From NCBI GenBank assembly GCA_937912975.1, contig CALEOS010001295.1, forward strand, positions 1 through 36,468: DNA of 36,468 bases, read 5' to 3'. Made by a program: the position numbers and the translations under genes. The stretch comes from an uncultured Lewinella sp. GTDB lineage: Bacteria; Bacteroidota; Bacteroidia; Chitinophagales; Saprospiraceae. The notes under the pieces were generated by a model. The model was given only the letters and a program-made list of their open reading frames with translations. It did no database searches and was not told the DNA's origin. Positions 27,594-36,421 of this stretch are shown here, piece after piece; within the stretch, counting starts at the first letter, position 1; each line of letters opens with the position of its first letter.

Positions 27594-28994
27594 ATGGCTA
27601 AACGTAGAAGAAGTTTTTTAATCATCGGATTGATTGCCATTATTGGCATTTTGATTGCGGGAGTGGTTATGAAGAATAAATCCAAGCCCAAAGGGGAAAA
27701 GGTAATGGCCGAAGAAGTAGCCGAAAGGACCATCAAAGAAAAGGTCTCCGCTAGTGGGAAAGTCTTTCCTGAAGTGGAAGTAAAGATCAGTTCGGATGTT
27801 TCTGGTGAAATCGTCGAATTACTAGTAGAAGAAGGGGATTCGGTAGTGACTGGACAATTGTTAGCTAAGATCGATCCAGATGCTTACCAATCGCAAGTAG
27901 AGAGAGGGGTAGCAGGGGTGAATAGTGCCAAAGCCAACATGGCGAATGCGCGTTCGCAGATTGAAAACTTCAGAGCGCAGAAGGAGCAAATTGTTGCACA
28001 ATTGACCAATGCGCAAGAGATTCATAAACGTAATGAGAAGTTGAAAGGAGAAGGTGTGATATCGGATGCTGATTATGATGCGTCCTTATCTAGCATGAAA
28101 GCATTGGAAGCCAACCTTAGGTCAGCAGAGGCCAATATCAAGGCACAGCAAGAGGGCGCACGTGCGGCGCAATTCTCAGTAGAAAGCTCTCAAGCAACGC
28201 TGAGAGAATTGCAAACCAGCCTGAGACGTACCACTATTTACGCGCCTAACAATGGCGTAGTTTCTGTCCTAAATGTAGAACAGGGCGAACGGGTAGTAGG
28301 TACTATCCAAATGACAGGTACGGAAATGATGCGTATTGCCAACTTGAATACCATGGAAGTACGTGTGGATGTAAGTGAAAATGATATTCCACGCGTTGCT
28401 TATGGTGATGAAGTGGAAATCGAAGTGGATGCCTATGTCGATCGCAAGTTTATGGGACGTGTTACACAAATTGCTAACTCTGCTACCGGAGCCGGAACTA
28501 CGACTGCATTGACTAGTGATCAGGTGACTAACTTCGAGGTGAGGATTCGAATGGATCCTAGCTCATACGCTGATTTGATCAAAGCGGGTAACAAGTATCC
28601 GTTCCGACCTGGAATGTCAGCCTCCGTAGAGATCAACACTGAAACGGCGGAAGATGTCGTAAGCGTTCCCATCCAGTCGGTAACGACGAGAGAAAAAGAA
28701 GATAAGAAAAAGAATAATAGAAAGTTTGTCAAAAATGACAACGAGGAGGAGGATAAAGAGGCAGACCGAAGAGATGATTTGATGGAGGTTGTTTTTGTGG
28801 TGCAAGGTGATACCGTGAATATGGTTCCTGTACGCACAGGTGTTCAAGATGACTCCTATATTCAAATCAAAAGTGGCCTCAAAGCTGGAGATAAGGTCGT
28901 TAGTGGCCCTTATTCAGCGATCTCTCGTAAGCTGAAGAGAGGAGAAGTGGTTCGTGTTGTCGACGAAGAAGAATTCTATAAAGAAAATAAATAA
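27594..28994 (+). CDS. Efflux periplasmic adaptor (membrane-fusion protein, HlyD/MacA-like)
   Basis: N-terminal TM anchor, a lipoyl-like motif (GEIVELLVEEGDSVVTGQLLAKIDP), a long coiled-coil hairpin, and beta-barrel motifs (TIYAPNNGVVSVLNVEQGERV, FMGRVTQIANSA). A K/E/D-rich insert lies at about aa 365-395. Confidence 0.9.
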   Translation: MAKRRRSFLIIGLIAIIGILIAGVVMKNKSKPKGEKVMAEEVAERTIKEKVSASGKVFPEVEVKISSDVSGEIVELLVEEGDSVVTGQLLAKIDPDAYQSQVERGVAGVNSAKANMANARSQIENFRAQKEQIVAQLTNAQEIHKRNEKLKGEGVISDADYDASLSSMKALEANLRSAEANIKAQQEGARAAQFSVESSQATLRELQTSLRRTTIYAPNNGVVSVLNVEQGERVVGTIQMTGTEMMRIANLNTMEVRVDVSENDIPRVAYGDEVEIEVDAYVDRKFMGRVTQIANSATGAGTTTALTSDQVTNFEVRIRMDPSSYADLIKAGNKYPFRPGMSASVEINTETAEDVVSVPIQSVTTREKEDKKKNNRKFVKNDNEEEDKEADRRDDLMEVVFVVQGDTVNMVPVRTGVQDDSYIQIKSGLKAGDKVVSGPYSAISRKLKRGEVVRVVDEEEFYKENK

Positions 28995-29007
28995 GGCTTT
29001 GTTTTTT

Positions 29008-29055
29008 ATAGCGCTTGAGGACTACTAATCATAGTGGCCCCCAAGCGCTATTTTT
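29008..29055 (+). terminator. Rho-independent terminator after the adaptor gene
   Basis: atagcgcttg (29008-29017) pairs with caagcgctat (29042-29051), plus 2 extra bp, followed by a TTTTT run. It lies between convergent genes. Confidence 0.65.
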
Positions 29056-29134
29056 ATATTTAGGAAGTATATTATAGCCTTCAACACTTTTGTATAAGCG
29101 TGCTCCATACCCCAATAGCAAGGCTTTAGTAAGC

Positions 29135-29581
29135 CTATCTCAACATCGCAATATGCGGTATCCCATCCTCTAGATAAGTTTCACCTTGCGGCACAAATCC
29201 AAAGGATTCGTAAAATTTGAGCAAGTAAAGCTGAGCGGAGATCTTAACTTTCACCCCTGGCCAAAGCAGTTCCGTTTGCTGAAGACTTACCGTCATTAAA
29301 TGTTGACCTTCTCCCTTTCCTCGTATAGACTTGGCATTCAATACCCTACCAATAGAAGCATATGCTTCATAGGCGACACCTTTAGGCAGTAGCCTAGCGT
29401 AAGCCAACAGAGAGCCATCTGCATCCTTGCCTAGGACATGCCAGGCGGTTTGATCCTTGCCATCCGCATCCAGGTAGGCACAGTCTTGCTCTACTGCAAA
29501 AATGGCTTGCCGTATGGTCATTATATCATACAACTCATCCAACGTGAGCTCGTGGAAAGCTCGACAAGAATAGTGGAGCAT
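29135..29581 (-). CDS. elaA: GNAT-family N-acetyltransferase, ElaA-like
   Basis: FHELTLDELYDIMTIRQAIFAVEQDCAYLDADGKD..AWHVLG...LAYARLLP...IGRV......RGKGEGQHLM...AQLYLLKFYESFGF...YLEDGIPHIAM matches the ElaA pattern. Confidence 0.8.
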   Translation of the reverse strand: MLHYSCRAFHELTLDELYDIMTIRQAIFAVEQDCAYLDADGKDQTAWHVLGKDADGSLLAYARLLPKGVAYEAYASIGRVLNAKSIRGKGEGQHLMTVSLQQTELLWPGVKVKISAQLYLLKFYESFGFVPQGETYLEDGIPHIAMLR

Positions 29582-29584
29582 GTA

Positions 29585-31039
29585 TCAAAATTTGTAACAG
29601 GGGATATTGTCTTTACTTTTCGACCGAGAAGAGAAGGGCGAATTGCCACCGCCACGGCCAATTTGAAATGGATTGATTTTGAAGGCTACGTAGATATCCG
29701 TCCCAGATAAATTAGTACTGCTTACCCAGCTCCCTAGATGGTCTGTTCCAATGGTCAGGAAGGGAAGCCTTAGGCTTAAGCCCACCCGGAATTTCTGAAA
29801 ATTGTACATCGAAACCGGCATACTAGCACCAAACCATCTGCGCTCAAAACGAGGGACAAATGCTATCAAATTTCCGTTTGGCACCGTTTGAGAACTAGGC
29901 GCTATCGTCTGCATCAAAACCATACCCAAGTACATATCATTGCTGAGGGCTTTGTCGACATGAATATTCAAACGACTGGGCAACCACATCGTGAATGCGT
30001 CTCCTATTAGAGAAGCCTGTTGATCACCCAAGGTTTCCAAACTAAATATTTGCACCACTTGATCTACTTCTTCAGGAGCATCAAAAAAACTATAGTTATT
30101 AGAATTAATTACACTGCCTGCTCCTGGGCTCACTTGGTGTAGATTCGTTTGCTTCGTGAAGTTGATCTGGCCAATGTCCATCAAGGCCGCACTGATCTTC
30201 CAGTCATAACCTTCGTCGAGACCACCTATGGTATAAACCATCCCGAGATCGAGACTATAACCGGTACCTAAGGGTTTTACCCTATTTTGCGACTCCTCGA
30301 TGATGCCAGAGGTATAACCAAATTCGAAATTGAGACCGTCTCCAAAGAGATCATTATCGGGAAAGCGAGCCATCGTATAGCTTGTACTATTGTAGACAAA
30401 AGCGGCTTCGTATCCTCTCAGATATTTGGCGGTGACGCCAAAGGCTAAGCTACCTGAGGCCGTTTCTTTTTTGAAAGCATAGTTCAGTCCGATTTCCTCA
30501 AATCCCATCACACCAACGCGAAAAGGATCTACCGTGAATTCTTCAAAGTCAGGTTTCCGATTGAAAGGGAAATAACTGAATTCATCGGTTACCCCATTGG
30601 TTCCGGCTAAGAACCGCCCGCCTGTAACCAAGCCCAGGTAATGTTGACCCGCAATTCGAACAAAAAAGGAGGGGCCCACATAGCGGGATAAATTATAGGC
30701 ATAGCGTTTTTTTCCATCATCAAAAAAGTCAACAGCCAGCTGATCCGTTTTCAAAGGGGTATCGGTGCCAACGCGTGGACCCAGCACAAGACTTAAGTTG
30801 CTATTGAAAAGGTCGCCTACCTTGGCATTGCGAACAAAAGCGTAATTATTATCTATAAATTGGGCGCCTTCCACTAGGTTGAGGTCCCAGCTAAAGGGCA
30901 TCGCGGTATGACCAGCTGGATTAAATAGGGTAGCGTTGATGCCTGCATAATTATCGAGGCGAATGCCCAATTGTTCTTGGGCAAAGGAAAAGCTTTGCAA
31001 AGCGCAAAGCAACAAAACAAGTTTGTGTCTCAAGTTCAT
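29585..31039 (-). CDS. Putative outer-membrane beta-barrel protein (484 aa), family uncertain (DUF5723/TraF-like or PorP/SprF-related?)
   Basis: Signal peptide MNLRHKLVLLLCALQSFSFAQ. The sequence is beta-rich with alternating patterns, has an N-terminal ...YAGINATLFNPAG motif, and ends in an aromatic residue (CYKF). Its stop lies 3 nt before the elaA-like start. Confidence 0.7.
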   Translation of the reverse strand: MNLRHKLVLLLCALQSFSFAQEQLGIRLDNYAGINATLFNPAGHTAMPFSWDLNLVEGAQFIDNNYAFVRNAKVGDLFNSNLSLVLGPRVGTDTPLKTDQLAVDFFDDGKKRYAYNLSRYVGPSFFVRIAGQHYLGLVTGGRFLAGTNGVTDEFSYFPFNRKPDFEEFTVDPFRVGVMGFEEIGLNYAFKKETASGSLAFGVTAKYLRGYEAAFVYNSTSYTMARFPDNDLFGDGLNFEFGYTSGIIEESQNRVKPLGTGYSLDLGMVYTIGGLDEGYDWKISAALMDIGQINFTKQTNLHQVSPGAGSVINSNNYSFFDAPEEVDQVVQIFSLETLGDQQASLIGDAFTMWLPSRLNIHVDKALSNDMYLGMVLMQTIAPSSQTVPNGNLIAFVPRFERRWFGASMPVSMYNFQKFRVGLSLRLPFLTIGTDHLGSWVSSTNLSGTDIYVAFKINPFQIGRGGGNSPFSSRSKSKDNIPCYKF

Positions 31040-31255
31040 AGGATAAGGGTGTAGTATGAAGTAATGATCAGTGAATCTCTAAATTGGCGATAAGTTGCTA
31101 TTAGTCTTATTTGATCATTACCAAAGGGTTTCGAATGGCAATATTCTAGTAACCTTTTTTTTGTTCAAATTATTACTTCGAAGGTGTTTAAAACAAAATT
31201 GATTAAAGCAAAAAGTATTGACTACCCAAAAAGGGCTACGGCTCAGAAGCCGTTT

Positions 31256-31309
31256 CTCAGACTTCTGAAGTTTTCTTTGTCATGCCTAGCGAAACTTCTG
31301 AAGTCTGAG
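31256..31309. repeat. REP-like hairpin, copy d of the ACTTCWGAAGT family
   Basis: ctcagacttctgaagttt (31256-31273) pairs with aaacttctgaagtctgag (31292-31309), 18 bp with 1 mismatch. A small related hairpin acggctcagaagccgt lies just upstream. Confidence 0.7.
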
Positions 31310-31475
31310 CTTACCCCGCCAAATGCTCCTAAAGAAGCCCTGTAAATAGCTTCTTAAAGGTATCAAAAAAAAAATTAAATCTTCATCCCTTTGTAACTAC
31401 TTCAGTAGCCTTCCACTTAATCATACAACTGCTCAGGGGGATAGAATATTACTCCTTGAAGCATAAACGCTTCAC

Positions 31476-32867
31476 CTAAACAACTTCAGCGCGAATGGCT
31501 TCTACCTCGTCAATCGTTTTGGGCTTGGGCTTACCCAATAACTGAGCGCCGTTTTTGGTCATGACAAAATCCTCTTCGTTCCTGATTCCGCCAAAATTGC
31601 GATAGCTGTTTACCTTTTCCCAGCAAATAAATTCATTGAATTTGTTTTGCGAACGCCACAAATCAATCAGTTCAGGGATAAAATAGATTCCAGGTTCGAT
31701 GGTGAAAACATGACCTGCTTGCAGCGGTTTAGCCAGGCGTAACGATTTTAATCCGAACTGGGTGCTTTTGGGCTGTCCTTGGTAACCGACCCAAACTTCG
31801 CCAAGATCCTCCATATCGTGTACATCCAATCCCATCATATGCCCAGTACCACAAGGGAAAAACAGCGCATGGGCGCCAGCTTCAAAAGCATCGTTGGTAT
31901 TTCCTTTGGTAAACCCCATCGTTTTTAATCCATCGAAAATAGTTTTGCAGGCGGCCATATGTGCATTTCTAAAAGGGACGCCCAAGCCAAGGGCATCGAT
32001 AGCAGCCTGGTGCGATGCTAGCGTCAATTGATAGATCTCTTTTTGTTCGGAAGTAAACTTTTTACTTACAGGAATGGTGCTGGATAAATCGCCGGCATAC
32101 GACATTTGATTTTCAAAACCTGCATCAATCAAAAACAGATCTCCGTCTTTAAGCGTATTGCCGTGGTAATGATTGTGTAAAGTCTGACCATTTATAGTGG
32201 CAATTATCGGAAATGAAATATTGCCCCCGGCGGCAATGGCAATTTTGTGGACTTCAGCCGTTACTTGTGCCTCGGTCATTCCAGGTTTAGCAAATTTCAT
32301 GGCTGCAAGGTGCATATCCACCGAAACATCCACAGCCAGCGCCAGCTCGGCAATTTCTTCTTCGGTTTTAAATTCGCGCTGGCTAACCACTGCCTGTATT
32401 AAATCAAGGGAGCATTTTGTGGCCACTTCATGAGGCGCAACCCCAATTAATTCCTGCAATTTTATCTTATTCTCAGCGCGATATAAGGGTAAAAAATGAA
32501 TTTGTTGCCCCTTTCGTTTTGCCCCTTCAAGCATTGAGGTAAGTTTGGCGGCTGGCCGCACATTTGCTACGCCACAATTTTCTGCCTGCTCAGCAATACT
32601 GGCTTGTGGACCTCTCCAAACAAAATCTTCGACGGTGTATTCGTCCCCAAAAATAATTTCATGGTCATTCTCTATATCTATCACGGCTACCAAGCCTGGA
32701 CGTTGTATAGCAAAATAATAAAGGAAAGTACTATCCTGCCTGAAGTGATAGGTATTATCGGTATAATTCATAGGCGATTCTTCATTGCCAAACAACAGAA
32801 TCAATCCTTTTCCCACTTTTTGCTTTAATACTTTTCTTCTTTCTACGTACGTTTTTTGCTGAAACAT
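31476..32867 (-). CDS. pepP: Xaa-Pro aminopeptidase (peptidase M24B with an AMP_N domain)
   Basis: The metal-ligand context DLFLIDAG...YAGDLS, HMMGLDVHD, FTIEPGIYF and GGIRNEEDFVMT is typical of aminopeptidase P. Confidence 0.85.
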   Translation of the reverse strand: MFQQKTYVERRKVLKQKVGKGLILLFGNEESPMNYTDNTYHFRQDSTFLYYFAIQRPGLVAVIDIENDHEIIFGDEYTVEDFVWRGPQASIAEQAENCGVANVRPAAKLTSMLEGAKRKGQQIHFLPLYRAENKIKLQELIGVAPHEVATKCSLDLIQAVVSQREFKTEEEIAELALAVDVSVDMHLAAMKFAKPGMTEAQVTAEVHKIAIAAGGNISFPIIATINGQTLHNHYHGNTLKDGDLFLIDAGFENQMSYAGDLSSTIPVSKKFTSEQKEIYQLTLASHQAAIDALGLGVPFRNAHMAACKTIFDGLKTMGFTKGNTNDAFEAGAHALFFPCGTGHMMGLDVHDMEDLGEVWVGYQGQPKSTQFGLKSLRLAKPLQAGHVFTIEPGIYFIPELIDLWRSQNKFNEFICWEKVNSYRNFGGIRNEEDFVMTKNGAQLLGKPKPKTIDEVEAIRAEVV

Positions 32868-32898
32868 AATGCTCCGATCTTATTAATGATTAGCCCAA

Positions 32899-33270
32899 TT
32901 ACATACTACTAAATAAAGCATAAATTTTAGGCAGAAAAATAATCAAACCTACTGTGGCAGCACCCATGGCCATTAGCAAAACGCCCGCAGCTGCCACGTC
33001 TTTGGTCCGCCCCGCGAGTTCATGAAAATCAGGCGAGACCAAGTCTGTCAAATGTTCTAACCCTGTATTAAAAGCCTCTGCAGCTAGTACGCTAAAGATG
33101 GCAAATAAAATAAAGCACCATTCCGTCTGGCTCAATTGAAAGTACCAAGCTGCTACTATACACAGTCCGGCTACTGCCGCATGTATTTTAGCATTGGGTT
33201 GGGAGGTAAATAGATCTCTAATGCCTTTAAAGGCGTAGGTGAAGCTTGCAATTCTATTCTTTACGGTCAT
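32899..33270 (-). CDS. dgkA: Diacylglycerol kinase family (prokaryotic DAGK / undecaprenol kinase) integral membrane protein
   Basis: 123 aa with 3 TM segments. Motifs FKGIRDLF..QPNAKIH, AEAFNTGLE and TKDVAAAGVLL are typical of DgkA. Confidence 0.88.
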   Translation of the reverse strand: MTVKNRIASFTYAFKGIRDLFTSQPNAKIHAAVAGLCIVAAWYFQLSQTEWCFILFAIFSVLAAEAFNTGLEHLTDLVSPDFHELAGRTKDVAAAGVLLMAMGAATVGLIIFLPKIYALFSSM

Positions 33271-33327
33271 GATACGCTTTTTTCGAAGTACTTAATCTGG
33301 CCTCTGCTTGGCATGGGGGGAGCAATG

Positions 33328-33380
33328 GGAAATGGGAAGGGGGAAATATTCCAACTTCCGATTTCCCCCTTCCCATTTCC
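33328..33380. terminator. Perfect 20-bp hairpin between the LTD gene and dgkA (both on the minus strand)
   Basis: ggaaatgggaagggggaaat (33328-33347) pairs with atttcccccttcccatttcc (33361-33380) across a 13-nt loop. The 5' arm has no C. It abuts the TAG stop of the LTD gene at 33380-33382. Confidence 0.6.
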
Positions 33381-35992
33381 TATTTATCCAACATCCCAGC
33401 CAAGACAAATACCTCTTTCTGTTGTATTACGTCTCCATCCGGATGGTGCATTTCTGCCCACAAAATATAGATTCCTGTTCGCGCCTTTTCCCCCATATTA
33501 ATGCTGCCATCCCACTTGAAGCTGCCTTGAGTCGCTAATACTTCATTGCGAACCAATCGTGTTATCAATCTACCTTGCGAATCGAAAACATGCAAATTGA
33601 GTGAAAAACCTGATTTTTCAGTTTGGTATTCTATCAATAAAACATCTTCAAAACCATCAGAATCGGGTGAGAAGCGGGGATTCGGCAAGAATATGATATC
33701 ATTGTCAGGGGCAGCAGTGGTATCAACAAATTGTGAGTTTTGATAAGTAGGGGTAGCAAAGCCAGCGGCTGATGCTGCTGAATTCCAATTTCCGGCATCC
33801 TGGGTCGCTCGTTCCGGATTCCCCCTTTCCAAAGACACCCCGTTTTGATCATCCAAAAGAGGAGAGTGAAAATCTTTATTGTAATCGAAAGAATCGATCA
33901 CTACATTACTAGGGGTAGCCAGCGTAATATTCCCTTCATCATCGGATAATGAAGGGAGCGAATTCTTAACCATCGCAAGGGGTGAAAGGACATCATAACG
34001 GTTCAAGATATCGGCTGGCTCTTCAGAAATGACCACATAGGAAGATGGGAATAATAGGAAGTCTTCCTCTATGGGCCCTCCTATATTTCCGGAAGTAAGA
34101 CTGAGATTGCCCAGACGCAGATTGCGCAAGTTGAATATCTTATCAGAACGATTGTAGAGCTCTACGAAATCTTTGCCCCCTGTAGCTGGATTGAATAAGA
34201 TTTCATTAATGATGATATCACCTGCTTCCGGCGTTACCGTCAAGCCAAATTGGATACTAGTATTTTGGCTTTGGGTATTTCCTAGGCAATCACTCAACTG
34301 CTGATTGACAGAGGCGGTATATACAACGCCTTCTTGCACTGCATCCTCCAAAATGAGAACCACCTGTTTGTTTTCTGGTGATTGCAGGGATACAAAGCTA
34401 ATATCCAGTGCGGGCTCAATGCCATAATTACTCGCAACATTGGCCGTGGCGGGGTCTAAGGCCTCATCAAATACGAGAAGTACCTCAAAATCACTGACGG
34501 CTACGGCCTGTATCAATGCAGGGCCTTCCGTATCTGGTGTTGTACCTTGCAATGAATTGACTTGTCCTGGTGTACCTCCTGCACTAGCTTCTGAAGCGCT
34601 CCAATTGCCACTACAATTGTAAGGTCCATCGGTTTGAATTAATTCCAAAGACCAGCCGCCACTAGATTTGTTGAAATCCTGGTACCAGGTACTCGAATAA
34701 CTGACCTGAAAAATGGTATTACCTGAGTCATCACTTAGTACAATATCATCTCCACCATTAGTTAAGCTGGGGAACCCAGTGATGCCAGCTACTGCACCAA
34801 AGGATTCGAAAGCTGCTATCTCATCGGCTGGGCAAACAATAATGTAGGTATCAGGCGGTAAGTTGATATCTGGCAATGATTTGGGGCTAGCCCCTGTACT
34901 GATGGCTAGGCTAGACAAAGAAATGAGTTTATCACTTCGATTATATAATTCAATGTATTCCGAAAGGGGCAAACCAACCACTGGATTAGGGTCGGCCATG
35001 ATTTCGCTGACTACTATGTCATTCAACTCAGCCGTTTCAAGATTGAAAAAAGTAAAAGAGGCCGTTTGGGACCCACTGCTGTTACCGTTGGTATCTTGCA
35101 CGCCATCAGCGGTGAGGGTATAGTTTTGCTGATTGACAAGTGCAGTGCCCAATTGAAGGTTAAGGCTACTGGGCGAATCGCCAGCCGTAACGCCTGTAGG
35201 TGTCCCGATACCCCCATCGATGGAGAAACGATCAGCCGCCGCTACTTGCACTGGTTCATCGAAAGTAACAACAAGGGTATTCGCTGAACTGGCTGAAGCC
35301 GACAACAAAGAAGGAGGGGCCACATCCTCGAATATGGGGTCGATGGAGACATCGTCAAAAAAGAAATTACTACTTCTAGTGCTGGTATAATTACACTGAA
35401 ACCCAAAGTATTGTCCACTTGGGTAAGTGGCATCGGTGGCCGTGCCTTCTGTTTGAAAATTGGTTCCACCCGTATAATCTGCGGCAAGCGTCCATACGCC
35501 GTCTTCCGTGCGGATCACACGAATTCTAGCAATCGGTTGCGAACCACCAACCGCACCAGCTGTTCCTGTGATGAGTGAAGTAGTGCTATTGCCATCTTGC
35601 CGGAATAATTCCAGGGCATCGTCGCTACCTGAAATTCCGCCAATTTTGACAAAATAACCTTCCAGATCTTGGCTGAGGTCCGTTTTAGAGGCATTGAGGT
35701 AAACACTAGCATAGTTACTAGCAGAAGGAGCAAATGTTAATTTAACAAGAAACTCCCACACGGTTGGGTCTTCGGAAGCAGTAGGTGCCGTCACCACTAT
35801 AGATGAACTATTACTACTGCCAGGAGCTGGATCGGAAAGCTGTAATTCTTCTGCAGTTACTTGAAAAAGAGTGGTTTGACCAATCCAGCTTGGGTTGTTG
35901 GTAAAGTCTCCATCAGAGAAATCATCGGTTAATTGGGCTATCAAGCCGAAGGGGAGGCAGAATAGCAAGATAGGGATCAATGTGTTTTTCAT
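33380..35992 (-). CDS. Secreted multi-domain protein with two lamin-tail (LTD) domains, Ig-like domains and a C-terminal FlgD-Ig-like domain
   Basis: Signal peptide MKNTLIPILLFCLPFGLIAQ. LTD signatures are IVVSEIMADPNP...EYIELYNRSDKLISL and IIINEILFNPATGGKDFVELYNRSDKIFNL. The C-terminus reads FSPDSDGFEDVLLIEYQ...LHVFDSQGRLITRL...KWDGS...GIYILWAEM. Confidence 0.85.
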   Translation of the reverse strand: MKNTLIPILLFCLPFGLIAQLTDDFSDGDFTNNPSWIGQTTLFQVTAEELQLSDPAPGSSNSSSIVVTAPTASEDPTVWEFLVKLTFAPSASNYASVYLNASKTDLSQDLEGYFVKIGGISGSDDALELFRQDGNSTTSLITGTAGAVGGSQPIARIRVIRTEDGVWTLAADYTGGTNFQTEGTATDATYPSGQYFGFQCNYTSTRSSNFFFDDVSIDPIFEDVAPPSLLSASASSANTLVVTFDEPVQVAAADRFSIDGGIGTPTGVTAGDSPSSLNLQLGTALVNQQNYTLTADGVQDTNGNSSGSQTASFTFFNLETAELNDIVVSEIMADPNPVVGLPLSEYIELYNRSDKLISLSSLAISTGASPKSLPDINLPPDTYIIVCPADEIAAFESFGAVAGITGFPSLTNGGDDIVLSDDSGNTIFQVSYSSTWYQDFNKSSGGWSLELIQTDGPYNCSGNWSASEASAGGTPGQVNSLQGTTPDTEGPALIQAVAVSDFEVLLVFDEALDPATANVASNYGIEPALDISFVSLQSPENKQVVLILEDAVQEGVVYTASVNQQLSDCLGNTQSQNTSIQFGLTVTPEAGDIIINEILFNPATGGKDFVELYNRSDKIFNLRNLRLGNLSLTSGNIGGPIEEDFLLFPSSYVVISEEPADILNRYDVLSPLAMVKNSLPSLSDDEGNITLATPSNVVIDSFDYNKDFHSPLLDDQNGVSLERGNPERATQDAGNWNSAASAAGFATPTYQNSQFVDTTAAPDNDIIFLPNPRFSPDSDGFEDVLLIEYQTEKSGFSLNLHVFDSQGRLITRLVRNEVLATQGSFKWDGSINMGEKARTGIYILWAEMHHPDGDVIQQKEVFVLAGMLDK

Positions 35993-35997
35993 AGGTA

Positions 35998-36005
35998 CAA
36001 AATTA
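35998..36005 (-). promoter_or_regulatory. TAnnTTTG box (TAATTTTG on the minus strand), 5 nt upstream of the LTD gene ATG
   Basis: The plus strand reads caaaatta at 35998-36005. This is an exact consensus match. Confidence 0.3.
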
Positions 36006-36161
36006 TAGCAATTCTATAAAAAATGAGTTGACATTCGAATAGTTTTGCATTTGGAGACAAAAATACATTTGCGGCAATGCGCATATGCCCGTATCTTTGC
36101 TCTTCGATTTTCGCATTTGGCCCCAACCGAATTATTTGGTAATTTTTTAAATGTAAGAAAA

Positions 36162-36421
36162 ATGAGAGTAGCAGTTGTTGGTGTGACCGGACTTGTCGGT
36201 ACGGTAATGTTAAAAGTTTTAGATGAGCACCAATTCCCAGTCAGCGAACTAATTCCTGTGGCATCTGCCCGTTCGATTGGTAAGAAAGTTACTTACCAAG
36301 GGAAAGAATATGGAGTAGTGGGGATGGAAACAGCCATTGAAATGAGACCCGATGTGGCGATTTTCTCGGCAGGAGGAAGCACGTCTAAAGAATGGGCTCC
36401 TAAATTTGCTGAGGTAGGAAC
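36162..36421 (+). CDS. asd: Aspartate-semialdehyde dehydrogenase, N-terminal fragment; the 3' end is truncated by the contig end or adapter
   Basis: MRVAVVGVTGLVGTVMLKVLDEH.FPVSELIPVASARSIGKKV.YQGKEY......ETAIEMRPDVAIFSAGGSTSKEWAPKFAEVG shows the Rossmann GxTGxVG motif and the typical Asd N-terminus. The ORF-track start at 36045 is an upstream TTG extension. TAnnTTTG boxes lie at 36040-36047 and 36064-36071. Confidence 0.85.

Noticed and set aside
31155-31162. Homopolymer runs (T8 at 31155-31162, and an A10 run at about 31365-31374) as phase-variation tracts
   Set aside because: They lie in AT-rich intergenic DNA with no defined promoter spacing, and at this length they are unremarkable without read-level length variation.
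33308-33538. 76-aa and 62-aa plus-strand ORFs
   Set aside because: They run through the 20-bp hairpin and then antisense to the 3' end of the LTD gene. Their Gly/Pro-rich sequence derives from the purine and pyrimidine arms.
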